From: Clostridiales bacterium
GTDB taxonomy: Bacteria; Bacillota; Clostridia; Christensenellales; UBA1242
Length of the DNA stretch: 64,000 bases
NCBI GenBank assembly: GCA_015069325.1
Contig: SVIV01000002.1
Location: 97,886-161,885, forward strand
Reading direction: 5' to 3'
Position 1 is the stretch's first letter; each line of letters begins with the position of its first letter. Under the pieces are notes generated by a model that saw only the letters and a list, made by a program, of their open reading frames with translations, was not told the DNA's origin and did no database searches. This document shows, piece after piece, positions 20,153 to 30,928 of the stretch. A program made the translations under genes and the position numbers.

Positions 20153-20627
20153 TTTTCTCCCTTTTAATACCAAGAGAAGACAACACTTCATCACTCTTTT
20201 CCATCATAACCACTTCATCTTCCTTTTCAATATGGTCATATCCTAAAAGATGCAAAAGTCCATGCAAAGCCAAAAACGAAATCTCTCGCTTTAAACTATG
20301 ACAATATTCTTTCGCCTGTCTTTTTGCAACCTTCTTACAAATAACAATATCGCCCAAATAAAGCGCACCGTTTGGCAATGTCTCTTCAACAAAGTCTGAA
20401 ACTTTTTGACTATAATTTATGTTAAGCATAGGAAAAGACAATACGTCCGTTTCTTTATCAACTTGCCTATACTCTTTATTGTAAGATCGAATTGTTGCGG
20501 AATCTACAAATGAGATTGTTGCTTCTAAGCCATCAACATTATTCCCCGTAATTTCTAAAGCCTTGTTATAAACGTCTTTAATCACCTTTTTATATCTATG
20601 TCCTACACCTTCAAAATTAATTGTCAT
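20145..20627 (-). CDS. ybeY: rRNA maturation endoribonuclease YbeY
   Basis: TDVLSFP, LGDIVI, HGLLHLLGYDH. Confidence 0.95.
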   Translation of the reverse strand: MTINFEGVGHRYKKVIKDVYNKALEITGNNVDGLEATISFVDSATIRSYNKEYRQVDKETDVLSFPMLNINYSQKVSDFVEETLPNGALYLGDIVICKKVAKRQAKEYCHSLKREISFLALHGLLHLLGYDHIEKEDEVVMMEKSDEVLSSLGIKREKNV

Positions 20628-21749
20628 TTATCCTCCTATGTTTCTACTTAAAGTGATTATATAATTCACTTGATGCCAACCACTTCCTTCTCGTAAGGTA
20701 TAACTCTCTGCCTTTATTATCTCATTTTCTTGCAAAAAAATCAAGGCTTTTTGACGTGCATTTTGGATAATTTTTTCTTTAACATTATCAAAATCTTCTT
20801 TTATCTCTACAAATTCCGTTTCATATACATATATCTTTTTCAAATATAATGGCAAAATCAGATTTTTAGAAAGAAACTTTTTCTCAGTTTCAATCTCAAA
20901 CTCTAAAAAATTATGTTCCTTATTATTTGAATAAACAAGTAAATCGTTTAAATAAACTTCATTAAATACTTTAACCTTACCCGTTCTCTTTTCTTCCATT
21001 CGCCAGTCATAATGTGTTTCTTCTCCAATAACCCATACATCTGCATAAATTTCCGCTTTGGGATTTGTCTCTCTTTTTTCTCCTTGCGAATCGTAAATGT
21101 ATGGATAAACCAAAACATCACCTTTTTGAACAATATCGCCTTCATTAACAGCTAGCGTTCCTTGAATAAGATTAATTTTATATATTTTGCCGTCATACAA
21201 ACTCACAATCGGTTGAAAATTGCTTCCCATTTCACTTGGAATCTCAACTTCATTGACGCTTACCACAATGCTTTGCCCAACAATTGATATACTTATCGAA
21301 GAAACTTCATCAAATTGTTCTCTTACCATCTTTTCAAGTTTAAATGTATCTATTCCGCCCTTTAGTCTTGTAGGCAGACAACTTTCCACAAAAGCAGCAA
21401 TCTCGCCATTTAGGTCGCTTTTTTCGCCTAAAACGTCTATTTTAAGCACAAAATTAAACTGAAAAACATACAATATCGAACAAAACAACACGGCAAACAA
21501 AATTCCATAACTTTTTACAAGCTTCAACAAAAAGCCCACAAGACCAAAATGGGAATAAGAAAGGACTTCTATTTTTTGTTTTTCTAAGATGTTTTTTGTG
21601 AGCTTTCTATCACTATATAAGACTTCAAAATGCGAAATTTGATTTTCCTGACGCTTAAAATTAAAAATTTTAACTTTTTGAGAAAGATTATTTAAAACTT
21701 TTTCCTGGTTTAATCCTTTAATTGTTATTTTTGTGCGATTTTTAAACAT
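20628..21749 (-). CDS. yqfD: Sporulation protein YqfD
   Basis: TM helix, G...V..GDIVQKGDVLV; position between yqfC and ybeY. Confidence 0.75.
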   Translation of the reverse strand: MFKNRTKITIKGLNQEKVLNNLSQKVKIFNFKRQENQISHFEVLYSDRKLTKNILEKQKIEVLSYSHFGLVGFLLKLVKSYGILFAVLFCSILYVFQFNFVLKIDVLGEKSDLNGEIAAFVESCLPTRLKGGIDTFKLEKMVREQFDEVSSISISIVGQSIVVSVNEVEIPSEMGSNFQPIVSLYDGKIYKINLIQGTLAVNEGDIVQKGDVLVYPYIYDSQGEKRETNPKAEIYADVWVIGEETHYDWRMEEKRTGKVKVFNEVYLNDLLVYSNNKEHNFLEFEIETEKKFLSKNLILPLYLKKIYVYETEFVEIKEDFDNVKEKIIQNARQKALIFLQENEIIKAESYTLREGSGWHQVNYIITLSRNIGG

Positions 21750-22023
21750 TTTGCCTTTCTACTTTGTTGATTTTACCTTTAATATACAAAACATTTTCAT
21801 TGATCTCTGCCAAAACAAGCCCACTTCCTTCGACTAAAATATGATAATATTTTGTTTTAAAAATGATTTGTTTTTCTGAAAGAGAAATAATCCCTTTATG
21901 TCCTTCAGCATAAAAAAGTTTTCCTGAAATATTAACAAAGTTATAATCAGACAAAAACTCTTTTTTAAACCCCATTTTATTTTTTATCTCATCAAAAAAA
22001 TTAAACACGCAATCTTTCTCCAA
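21742..22023 (-). CDS. yqfC: YabP/YqfC-family sporulation protein
   Basis: EGHKGII, VEGSGL.L, IKGKI; upstream of yqfD. Confidence 0.7.
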   Translation of the reverse strand: MEKDCVFNFFDEIKNKMGFKKEFLSDYNFVNISGKLFYAEGHKGIISLSEKQIIFKTKYYHILVEGSGLVLAEINENVLYIKGKINKVERQNV

Positions 22024-22056
22024 TTTAAGATATGCGTGTTTATATTTTAATTTAAC

Positions 22057-22587
22057 CTAATCATCATATTTATGAAAAACATTTCCAAGTATTAATGCTT
22101 TCATTCTTGGCGAAAGCTTTTTTATTTCTTCTAAAAGTTCATCATCAATCACCTTTTTAGTGTAAGAATGCTCTCTTAAAAAATCTTCAAATTCTTCATC
22201 TCTAGACTTTTTTTTCTTTTTTGGATTTTGCTGATTTTCAAGTTCTTTTAAAAACTGTTCAATTTCATCTTTGTTTTGATTTGGCCCTACTTCAACATCC
22301 ATTTTATCCGCACCAGAAGTAACGACAGGATTGCTAAACAAATCTTTAAATTCTTCTTCTACATCTTCAGTAAGAGATATATTTTCAAAGGCTTTCGCTT
22401 CCTTACGTTTATCTTCATCTGCTTTTTCTTTTTTATCTATTGATGCCTTTTCATCTGTAAACTTTTTAATGTTTTCGTCCAGCTTCAATCTTTTCTTTTT
22501 GTTTTTTTTGCGAGTTACAACAATACAAATTGCAATTATGCCTACCAACACAATGACCACACCAGCAATAATCAACCACTTAATCAT
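22057..22587 (-). CDS. Membrane-anchored hypothetical protein (YqfB position)
   Basis: N-terminal TM plus basic stretch; overlaps floA stop. Confidence 0.65.
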   Translation of the reverse strand: MIKWLIIAGVVIVLVGIIAICIVVTRKKNKKKRLKLDENIKKFTDEKASIDKKEKADEDKRKEAKAFENISLTEDVEEEFKDLFSNPVVTSGADKMDVEVGPNQNKDEIEQFLKELENQQNPKKKKKSRDEEFEDFLREHSYTKKVIDDELLEEIKKLSPRMKALILGNVFHKYDD

Positions 22588-23624
22588 TCAAATAAATCTC
22601 CTTCATCATCGCCAAAAGGGTTTTCTTCTTTTTTATCACTTTGAATAATCGAACGTCTTAATGCTGTATCTGCTTGAAGATTCATTAATTTATAATAATC
22701 CATAACAGAGAAACGCCCTTCCTTAATTGCCTGACTAAGCGCTTTTGGCACTTCCGCTTCAGCTTCAAGCATTGCTGATTTTTTCGCTTCTGTTTTTGTG
22801 CGCATTTGAAGTTCTTTTATTTCTTCTGCATTCTTTTTCTTTTCAGCTTCAATCTGCACATATACTTTTTCTTTTTCCGCCGATTGTATCTCTCGTTCAA
22901 GGCTAAGATTTCTGCCTACTTCAACCTTGGAAATTGAAATATCTTCAATGCTATACATTGATTTTTGCCCCACTACTTTCATATTAAAGTTGACAAGAAG
23001 TGATTTGCTTGGGTCAGTCAAAATATCTTTGTAACATTTTGTATGAGATATATTTTCTAAAATCCAAGCATTGATTACGCTTTTAAGGTCTTCTTCCCCA
23101 AGTCCATCAATATATTTTTCAAGATTAAGTTTGATTGATGCCCTTGCTGATACAATCATCTCCCTTTCATCTTGCGTGAATGCTCGAATCCCATCAACAG
23201 TAATCACTTTTGAATTTATCGCATTTTGCACAGATTCAACAACATTATGATTTGCAAGATCCATTGCACAAGCCAAAGAAAAGGTCATTGATAATCCAGC
23301 ATCACTGGCAAGTTTTATTGCTGTCAAAACTTCTTGAATATTTCCACCGCTTTGAACAAAACTCTCAATTTCGTTTAAAGAAATATTATATTTAGATTTT
23401 TTTACTAAAACAAAAGCATTGACAACTTCAGAAACATTAATTTTTCTGTTTTTTATACTTAAAAGCTTAAATGTAGGAATATACGCCCCACCAAAAAGTG
23501 CTGTCCACCAAGATTTCATAGGGACAAATGCAAGGTATATAATCAAAGCAATCAAGATTGCCCCAAAAATTGATACTGCAGCAATTTCACCCGCCCCAAA
23601 ACTTAACAACATATTAATTGACAT
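22584..23624 (-). CDS. floA: Flotillin-like protein FloA (YqfA family)
   Basis: FVP...W..A, SGGN...V, AEAEVPKALSQAI, VMDYYKLMNLQADT. Confidence 0.85.
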   Translation of the reverse strand: MSINMLLSFGAGEIAAVSIFGAILIALIIYLAFVPMKSWWTALFGGAYIPTFKLLSIKNRKINVSEVVNAFVLVKKSKYNISLNEIESFVQSGGNIQEVLTAIKLASDAGLSMTFSLACAMDLANHNVVESVQNAINSKVITVDGIRAFTQDEREMIVSARASIKLNLEKYIDGLGEEDLKSVINAWILENISHTKCYKDILTDPSKSLLVNFNMKVVGQKSMYSIEDISISKVEVGRNLSLEREIQSAEKEKVYVQIEAEKKKNAEEIKELQMRTKTEAKKSAMLEAEAEVPKALSQAIKEGRFSVMDYYKLMNLQADTALRRSIIQSDKKEENPFGDDEGDLFE

Positions 23625-23692
23625 AACTGCCTCCGATGGCTTAATTATATCATATAAAATAATAGTTGTAAATAGGCAAATTGATATTTTGT

Positions 23693-24529
23693 TTAATTTT
23701 TACCTGCCAAAAATCTTGTGTAATAAAAAATATATTGTTGCGCGTAACCAGAAAGCGCGCCAAATTTATTTACTAAATCATTGCGCATAAATTCACGATT
23801 TTCAGTCTTTGAAAAATGTTGGTTATACATCTGTGCAATCCAAGTATCAACAGGAAAAGATTCTCCCCTATGGTATGCAAAAAGCAAAATACAATCTGCA
23901 ACTTTAGGGCCAACACCAGCAAGAGAAATAAGTTTATTTCTAAGACTTATCGTGTCAAGTTTATCCCACTCTTTTAAAATCGCAGGGCTAATCTGCTGAA
24001 GCACTTTAACAAGATATTTTGCCCTATACCCCGCACCGCATTTCACAAAAAATTCTTCCTTTTGATCTTTTAGTTTTTCATAACTCGGAAATGAATACAC
24101 ATTGTCAGAAAGTTTTTCGCCAAGCGATTTCCTTATATTATTTAAAATCACTTTTATTCTTTTAATATTGTTGTTTGCAGAAATGATAAAGGAGATAAGC
24201 GTTTCAAACAAATCTTGATTTAAAATTCTAATTCCATAACCATACTCAAGCGGTTTTTTCATTATACTAAAATCGCTTAATTTTTCTTTAATTTGCGTAT
24301 AATTTACATCTAAATCGAAATAATTCACAAAATAATCCACATTTTTTGTTTTTATCAAATAAAAATCTTTATTTTCTTCAATTTCGGCATAATGATTTTG
24401 GGGATAACTTATATACTTTTCTCCTACATTTTCAAAACAAAAAACCTGCCCACATTCGAAGATATGAGCAATATTAAACTGGCTTTTATCATAAACTTTA
24501 ATGCCTTCTATTGTTATTTCGTATTTCAT
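23693..24529 (-). CDS. 8-oxoguanine DNA glycosylase (Ogg family)
   Basis: FECGQVF, GIRILNQD, SANNNIKRI, HhH-GPD GVGPKVADC...FPVDTW. Confidence 0.9.
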   Translation of the reverse strand: MKYEITIEGIKVYDKSQFNIAHIFECGQVFCFENVGEKYISYPQNHYAEIEENKDFYLIKTKNVDYFVNYFDLDVNYTQIKEKLSDFSIMKKPLEYGYGIRILNQDLFETLISFIISANNNIKRIKVILNNIRKSLGEKLSDNVYSFPSYEKLKDQKEEFFVKCGAGYRAKYLVKVLQQISPAILKEWDKLDTISLRNKLISLAGVGPKVADCILLFAYHRGESFPVDTWIAQMYNQHFSKTENREFMRNDLVNKFGALSGYAQQYIFYYTRFLAGKN

Positions 24530-24661
24530 AATTTGATTGTAACATACAATAACTTAAAAAGCAAACCCCTTGTTATTATTAACAAAAAAAATAATACTTG
24601 ATTTGAAATATCCCCCTACTTTTTCACAAAAAAAGATGGCTTAATTGCCATCTTTTATTAA

Positions 24662-24934
24662 TTATTCTTCAACTGAAACAATCTTTTTGCCGTTGTGTGT
24701 GCCAAATTTAACTTTTCCAGCACAAGTAGCGAAAAGTGTGTAATCTTTACCCATACCAACGTTTTTGCCTGCGTAAATTTCAGTGCCTCTTTGTCTTACA
24801 ATAATAGAGCCAGCTGTAACGTTTTCTCCGCCATAAGCTTTAACTCCAAGACGTTTAGCTTGTGAATCACGGCCGTTTTTGGTACTTCCACCACCTTTCT
24901 TATGTGCAAAAAGTTGAGCATTAAATTTAAACAT
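24662..24934 (-). CDS. rpmA: 50S ribosomal protein L27 with Prp-cleaved N-terminal extension
   Basis: [18 protein letters not shown]. Confidence 0.98.
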   Translation of the reverse strand: MFKFNAQLFAHKKGGGSTKNGRDSQAKRLGVKAYGGENVTAGSIIVRQRGTEIYAGKNVGMGKDYTLFATCAGKVKFGTHNGKKIVSVEE

Positions 24935-25253
24935 TTTTTACCTCCAATTTTGCGTATTTTTCTTCATTTAAAATTATAGATTTAAATGAGTTTAAACAGG
25001 TTTCAAACAGGAATTTTATTTTTTCATTTCTCGCATCATTTAATGATACTTCAATTTTTAGATAACCGTCTTCGATTTTATGAGTGTTTTGCACTTTTTC
25101 CACTTGGTCAACACCAACAACTGCAAGTTGAGCAACTGTTGACAGTTGACAGCAAAGCAAATCGATTCCGTCCTTTCTATTTTTTCCTGCGTGTCCGCTA
25201 ACTTCAAAACCTATAATAACATCATTTTTTCTAAAAAAAGTAATATTTGTCAT
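24927..25253 (-). CDS. prp: Ribosomal-processing cysteine protease Prp
   Basis: SGHAG...D..C motif; lies between rplU and rpmA. Confidence 0.88.
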   Translation of the reverse strand: MTNITFFRKNDVIIGFEVSGHAGKNRKDGIDLLCCQLSTVAQLAVVGVDQVEKVQNTHKIEDGYLKIEVSLNDARNEKIKFLFETCLNSFKSIILNEEKYAKLEVKNV

Positions 25254-25262
25254 TTCAAAACC

Positions 25263-25571
25263 TTACTTTGTAATAGATAAAATTCTAAGTTGTGTGAAAG
25301 GTTGTCTGTGTCCTTGTTTCTTTCTTTCATTTTTCTTTGGCTTATATTTGAAAACAACGATTTTATCGCCTTTTCCGTGAGCAACTACTTCTGCTTCACA
25401 TTTTGCCCCAGAAACAAAAGGATTTCCAGCAACAACATTTCCGTTATCACTTACAAGCAAAACATTAAGTGAAACTTTATCGCCTTCAGCATTGTTTAAT
25501 TTTTCAACACTGATTACATCATTTTCACTAACTTTGTATTGCTTTCCACCACATTCTACTATAGCAAACAT
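25263..25571 (-). CDS. rplU: 50S ribosomal protein L21
   Basis: GGKQYKV, GHRQPFT. Confidence 0.98.
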   Translation of the reverse strand: MFAIVECGGKQYKVSENDVISVEKLNNAEGDKVSLNVLLVSDNGNVVAGNPFVSGAKCEAEVVAHGKGDKIVVFKYKPKKNERKKQGHRQPFTQLRILSITK

Positions 25572-25589
25572 TTCTTTTACCTCCTCTAA

Positions 25590-25660
25590 CCAAACTCGCT
25601 GTTCATTTCAGGTGTTAGGTTTTTCACTAATCTTTTAAACCCTATACAAGCGGATACGTG
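25590..25660 (-). ncRNA. Probable L21 leader RNA
   Basis: 5' UTR of rplU containing TATCCGC..., ACACCTG and AGCGAG elements reminiscent of the Firmicute L21 leader. Confidence 0.5.
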
Positions 25661-25664
25661 TGTT

Positions 25665-25693
25665 ATTATAGCATAGTCAACCCATTTTGTCAA
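25665..25693 (-). promoter_or_regulatory. SigA promoter of rplU
   Basis: TTGACA-17 nt-TATAAT with extended TG. Confidence 0.85.
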
Positions 25694-25783
25694 GAGAAAC
25701 AATAAAAAAGACTTGAAATTCAAGTCTTTTTTATAATTCCTTTAAGTTTCTAATTTCTAAAAGGTGATGCAAACTAAGTTTGC

Positions 25784-28700
25784 TTATTTTCTTCTAGCTT
25801 CTTTTCGGTATGCTTTTTCTTTCTTGTCAAGTTTCTTCTTATTGACAACAAAGTAAACAACAACACCAGCAAGGAATGCTACTGAAAGTCCAATTGCAAT
25901 TCCACCGAATACATCGCCTGCATCTACAGAGCTAGCTTCGTCAGCGCCAACTTCAAACTTTGTAGTTTTTGTAGTTGTATTGCCTGCTGCATCTGTAACA
26001 GTGAATGAAAGTGTATAAACACCTTTTTGTTTAAGTTCGTGAGAATAATCGTAATATCCTTCTTCTGTTGCTTCATTGTCAAGAGTTTTGTAAGCTTCAT
26101 CTTCATATTTAATCTTAACAACTAAGCTTGAAAGGAGTGCATCTACCTTTGTAACTTTATCAGTTACTGAAAGGATTGATTCATCTACAGTTGTATTTGA
26201 GAATGCAATATGAAGTGGATCGCCAACTTTATAGTTTGTTTTAACTATATCACTTCCAATTTCAAGTTCAGGCGCAATTGTATCTCCGGCACTTAACGAT
26301 ACTGAATAAGTATCACCTTCACCAACCATTGCGCTTACATTATAAGAAATTGTATATTTACCATCTTTAACAAATTTAAGATATATTTTGTTTCCAACGA
26401 TTTCGAAATAATCTTTAAGATCAATATCTTCGGTATTTTGCCATTCGCTTAATTTGATTGTCGCAAGAGTTGTTGAATTTCTTGTAATAGTAACTGTCGT
26501 ATTTTCAGCATCAATTGAAGATGTTCCAATAGCAGTTGTCGAAGGTTTAACAATTTCAATCTTATTGAGATGTGTTTCTGCCTTATCTGCTTCATAAACA
26601 GCAAATTCAGTTTTCTCATTGTAATGAAGATTCATTTCATTGTCATTGATTGAAAGTGAAGCACCTGAAACTTTGATTGTAACTACTGATTCGCTTTCAA
26701 CTTCAAATCCCTTAACATTGCTATTTACAAATGCAGGAACTGTATCTTTTCCTTCAACAGCAAGAGCATAATCATTTTCTGCATCTAAATAGATGAGATA
26801 AGATTCGCTACCGTCATTGTAATAAAGTTTGCCTTCTTCCACAACAAGTTTTTCGCCTGTAGCTGTAAGAGCTGACGTTGCATATCTGATTAAGTATGCA
26901 GTATATTGAAGTTTATAAGTTCCTTCAGTGCCTGCTGTGAAGTAAAGGTTGTCTAAAATTTTATAGTCGTTATCTGTTGCGCTGATAGCTTCAACATTAT
27001 ACCAAGTTGCTGTATTTGTTTCATCATCAGCACCAAGGCCAATGTAATCAAATCCTTCTTCTTTATTCATAGAAATTGAAGGTGGAGTAAGATATACCAT
27101 TTGACCAGGAGTTACTGTTTCTTCTCTTGAAGAAATGTTGTCAATAGTAGGTTTTAATTCTGCACTTGCACTTGCATTAACCTTGTATGTGAAATAAGAA
27201 GTTACACTATGGTTTGCAGCATCAACTACTGTGATTGCAACTTGATATTCCCCGCCTACAGAAGCACGGAAATATCCACCATTAACAATGTAAGAACCGC
27301 GATAAGAATCTAATTTCGTATTCATTCCATAGCTTGTAACAGGTGTTCTTGAAACTTCTTTCTTATCTGCATCTCTAGCAATTTTGTAAACAGCAATTTT
27401 TGCAGTAACATAATTTGCTTTAGCATCTGTAAATGTAAGTGATGGCAATTGAATTTCATCTGGCGCAGAATATGATGCTGATGGTGCATTCTTAATAGTT
27501 TTAAGAACTGGCATATCAATATCAGTTGCGTCTGCAATTGCCACGAGTTTGTTAAAGAATCCTACATTTCCATTATCATCGATTGCATAAGCAAAAATTT
27601 CAACGAATGCAGCTTCTGCTGGTTTTGAAGCAAGGTCAACTGTGTATTCTGAAGCACTTTCATCAACAAACCAACCTTCCGAAGTTACTCTTTGAAGAGC
27701 TTTGTTATACCATTTACCTTCAGCCTTGCCGATTTTGCTTCCTGCATAATAATCAATTGTGCTTGTAGTAACAGATGAAACAATAGCTGTTTTAGCATCA
27801 TCTTTAAGATATCTATAAGCAGTAACTGCCTTGATTCTTGAATCTTGGTTGTCAGTTGCAGATGCTACATTGAATTTGAACGTATCTGTTGCAAGATAAG
27901 ATGCTTGAAGATCGCTTGAGAAAGTAAGAGTTGGCACCTCTGGATCTGAGTAATCAGCAATAAGTTCAATGTCTTTCTTTGCTGAAGATTCAGTATTGAT
28001 TCCATCATTTGCAAAATAGTAGAAGTTGTAAGATTGATTTTTGAATGTGCCCATTCTTCCTTCTGCAGGAGCAATATAAGCGTATCCTTGAGCCATCATT
28101 TGTTCGATAGCATCTTCAGTGTCTTCTGAGAAACCTTCAGTATCAACAATCTTGTTTCCAAATGCATCTTTATTAAACTCAGTTGTTACAACAAGATAAT
28201 ATTGTTGCATATAATCTTTAATTTCATTGATATCATATTCAGGATCTAATGGATCTGTAACAATATCATTAAGTTCAAGTGCACTTCTTAATGCATAGTT
28301 GTCTTCAATTACTTGTTTGTAAATGTCAGTAATTGTGCTTCCTGAAAGTGCATCAGGAGCAAAAATTAAGTTGTAATTATCGTAAAGAGATTCAGTGATA
28401 ACGAATTCTTTGATTCCGCTGTAATTTCTGATTTCTCTTCTAAGAGTAATATCTTCGTTAGCAACCATATTATCAGTTCCGCCAATTGCATACATAATAA
28501 TATTTCTGTTGATTGCTTTTGTTTTAAGGAGATTTTCAGCACTTGCATAAGTTTTTGCTTCTGCGTCATATCCTGGTTTCGCAGCATCATAAATGAATAC
28601 TGAAGCAGATTTTGAATCTTTTACATTCTGAATAATTCTTGTAACTTCATCAGTATTAATTGCTGTATGACCATAGAAGTCTTTTACTGTGTAAATAAAC

Positions 28701-29854
28701 TTGTAAGAGCCTTCTTCTTTTGCTGTGAATTTGTTTCCGTCAGAAATAACTTCTGCAGTAACATCTTTAGCGTCAGCTGTGTTGTATTTACCATTTCCGT
28801 CAGCTTTAATAACTTGGATTGTATAGTAAGTTTCAACTCCTTCTGTTGCTGGAGAGTTTGTTGCTTTTGTTGTTCCGATAGCGCCTGGAAGTGTTTTCGC
28901 AACACCTACAGTTGCACTATCAGGAAATGTATTTGATGAGAAAGAAGCAACAAGTTCATATTCGCTGTCTTTCTTTTCGCTGTCTGCAAAATAATATTTT
29001 TCTTTTACGATGAATGATTTGCTTGTTGATGCAACATATACAGACTTATCGTCAACTTTTTGATAGAAAGAATATAAAACTTTGATTGTTTTTCCGTCAT
29101 AAGTTCTATCGCCTTCTTCGCCAGCAGAAAGAGTAGCAGCAGGAATAACATAAACTTCTTTTCCATTAACTGTTTTAGTTTCTGCGTTAATTTCGTCAGC
29201 ACCACAAGTAATTTTAATTTTTACATAAGTGTCAGTAGTTGCACTTGCTGCACCTGTGATAAAGTTTTCCTTGTCGTTTTCAAGCAATACTTCTTCCTTT
29301 TCTCCCATAACAGTTGGAAGTGGTAAAACCACATCTTTACCATCAGCAAGAGTAATATCATAAATGCTTGGAATAACATTTTCAACATTTGTTTCAAAGT
29401 CAAAGCTTGCGTTTGTTGCTTGAGCAGTAACTATAAGGTCATAAGAATATTCAACAGTGTCGTGAACAACTTTGTAAGTAACAACATATTGTCCTACTTT
29501 TTCTGCAACGAATTTTCCGCCTGAAACAACAACTTCATCACCGGTTGACTTTTCAGTAACAATAACTTCAGAAGTAATTTTTGCACCTTCGTCCTTTTCT
29601 CCGATTGTGATTGAACCTGCATCATATTTATAAGTTGCTGCAGGGATTACTACTGTTTCTCCTTTTTTTACAGTAAGTGATTGTTGCTTTGATGCTTCAT
29701 TCCCTGTGTTTACAGAAATGCTGTTTACATTTGCTGGTGTAATTTCTTCCGCACTAGCCATTGCATTTGCTGGGAAAAAAGCACCACACATAATGCAAGC
29801 AAAACCTACAGCTGCAGTTTTTAAAATTGATTTAGTAATTTTTGTTTTAGCCAT
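25784..29854 (-). CDS. Large cell-surface protein with Ig-like repeats, signal peptide and C-terminal TM anchor
   Basis: Signal MAKTK..AMA/SA; repeated G.Y.v.y.v.D..GN/H and D...P motifs; C-terminal TM plus KKK tail; start at MAKTK (AAGGAG). Confidence 0.8.
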   Translation of the reverse strand: MAKTKITKSILKTAAVGFACIMCGAFFPANAMASAEEITPANVNSISVNTGNEASKQQSLTVKKGETVVIPAATYKYDAGSITIGEKDEGAKITSEVIVTEKSTGDEVVVSGGKFVAEKVGQYVVTYKVVHDTVEYSYDLIVTAQATNASFDFETNVENVIPSIYDITLADGKDVVLPLPTVMGEKEEVLLENDKENFITGAASATTDTYVKIKITCGADEINAETKTVNGKEVYVIPAATLSAGEEGDRTYDGKTIKVLYSFYQKVDDKSVYVASTSKSFIVKEKYYFADSEKKDSEYELVASFSSNTFPDSATVGVAKTLPGAIGTTKATNSPATEGVETYYTIQVIKADGNGKYNTADAKDVTAEVISDGNKFTAKEEGSYKFIYTVKDFYGHTAINTDEVTRIIQNVKDSKSASVFIYDAAKPGYDAEAKTYASAENLLKTKAINRNIIMYAIGGTDNMVANEDITLRREIRNYSGIKEFVITESLYDNYNLIFAPDALSGSTITDIYKQVIEDNYALRSALELNDIVTDPLDPEYDINEIKDYMQQYYLVVTTEFNKDAFGNKIVDTEGFSEDTEDAIEQMMAQGYAYIAPAEGRMGTFKNQSYNFYYFANDGINTESSAKKDIELIADYSDPEVPTLTFSSDLQASYLATDTFKFNVASATDNQDSRIKAVTAYRYLKDDAKTAIVSSVTTSTIDYYAGSKIGKAEGKWYNKALQRVTSEGWFVDESASEYTVDLASKPAEAAFVEIFAYAIDDNGNVGFFNKLVAIADATDIDMPVLKTIKNAPSASYSAPDEIQLPSLTFTDAKANYVTAKIAVYKIARDADKKEVSRTPVTSYGMNTKLDSYRGSYIVNGGYFRASVGGEYQVAITVVDAANHSVTSYFTYKVNASASAELKPTIDNISSREETVTPGQMVYLTPPSISMNKEEGFDYIGLGADDETNTATWYNVEAISATDNDYKILDNLYFTAGTEGTYKLQYTAYLIRYATSALTATGEKLVVEEGKLYYNDGSESYLIYLDAENDYALAVEGKDTVPAFVNSNVKGFEVESESVVTIKVSGASLSINDNEMNLHYNEKTEFAVYEADKAETHLNKIEIVKPSTTAIGTSSIDAENTTVTITRNSTTLATIKLSEWQNTEDIDLKDYFEIVGNKIYLKFVKDGKYTISYNVSAMVGEGDTYSVSLSAGDTIAPELEIGSDIVKTNYKVGDPLHIAFSNTTVDESILSVTDKVTKVDALLSSLVVKIKYEDEAYKTLDNEATEEGYYDYSHELKQKGVYTLSFTVTDAAGNTTTKTTKFEVGADEASSVDAGDVFGGIAIGLSVAFLAGVVVYFVVNKKKLDKKEKAYRKEARRK

Positions 29855-30124
29855 TTTAATCTCCTTGTTATAACATATATTTGTCAACACCAATTATAAA
29901 CTATTTTTAGTTACAAGTCAACAATTTCCTTAAAGAAAACAAAAATATTTTGTGGTTTATCAGGCTTTTTATGTTGCCGAAAGACGACTAGTTTTGTCGA
30001 AATAAAACAATTAAACAACTTTTAATAAAAACTTTAACAAATTATTCACATTTTTTTGAAAACGCAAGTAGTATGTTAATGTGAAAGGCAAACTTTCACT
30101 CTTACATAACTCAAGGAGGAACAA

Positions 30125-30322
30125 ATGAATTTTTTTAACAATAATACCGGTTGCGGTGGTAATTTTGACCACTGCGGTTGCGGTTGCGACATTTGCAGTA
30201 TTGTCCTTTGGATTATCTTACTTCAATGTCTTTGCGGTGGAAACAATGGTTGCGGAATAGACTGTTGCACTCTTATTATCCTTTTGCTTTTATGCGGATG
30301 CGGAAACAACCACTGCAAATAA
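30125..30322 (+). CDS. Small Cys/Gly-rich hydrophobic peptide
   Basis: AAGGAGG SD, 65 aa, two internal GCGxDxC-hydrophobic-C repeats; downstream terminator AATAACCAAGA..TCTTGGTTATT. Confidence 0.8.
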   Translation: MNFFNNNTGCGGNFDHCGCGCDICSIVLWIILLQCLCGGNNGCGIDCCTLIILLLLCGCGNNHCK

Positions 30323-30433
30323 GCAAATAAAAAATAACCAAGAAAAAATCTTGGTTATTTTTTTATTTTTATTGAAAATTCCTTTACTTTTTTATCAAAT
30401 TAGTTTAAAATGATATTAAATATTGGAGGAACT

Positions 30434-30808
30434 ATGAAGTTTGAAAAAAATTGTGAAATAATTTGGAAAGACAGAAAAAGACATTTGGGAATGCCAATTT
30501 CTTTCTATAGATATTATATTGTCAAAAAAGAAGGCGAATGGGTAAAATTTTTCAGACATAAAGGATTTTTATCTGCAATCATTGACGAAATTAATGCATA
30601 TAGATGCTATGATGTAACCTTGCATATCACATTGTTTGATAAAATTTTTAAAACAGGCACAATAGAAATTTGTTCAAACGATGCGTCTGCACCTGTTTTT
30701 CACCTTCGCCACGTTAAAGACCCTTATAAAGTGCGTGATTTAGTGTCAAGTTTAATCGAACTTGAAAGAAAGAAACACAATGTTGGCGTTACTGAATTTC
30801 ACGGATAA
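30434..30808 (+). CDS. Bacterial PH-domain protein
   Basis: WKDRKR, KGFLS...EI..YR..DV, GTI.I.S.D; GGAGG SD before MKFEK. Confidence 0.75.
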   Translation: MKFEKNCEIIWKDRKRHLGMPISFYRYYIVKKEGEWVKFFRHKGFLSAIIDEINAYRCYDVTLHITLFDKIFKTGTIEICSNDASAPVFHLRHVKDPYKVRDLVSSLIELERKKHNVGVTEFHG

Positions 30809-30928
30809 TTTAATTTAAATAAAATTATAACAAAAAATACCCTTTCAAAAGGGTATTTTTATTTAAGCTAATTTATTAAAAGTCCAGTTAACGTTTACAA
30901 AATAAAAAAGGTGCATAATGCACCCAAA

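Noticed and set aside
30081-30099. Riboswitch suggested by GGCAAAC
   Set aside because: It is only the loop of a single 7-bp hairpin, with no further aptamer elements
30125-30322. RiPP or bacteriocin precursor
   Set aside because: No radical SAM, LanM, YcaO or peptidase-transporter gene nearby; kept only as a Cys-rich peptide
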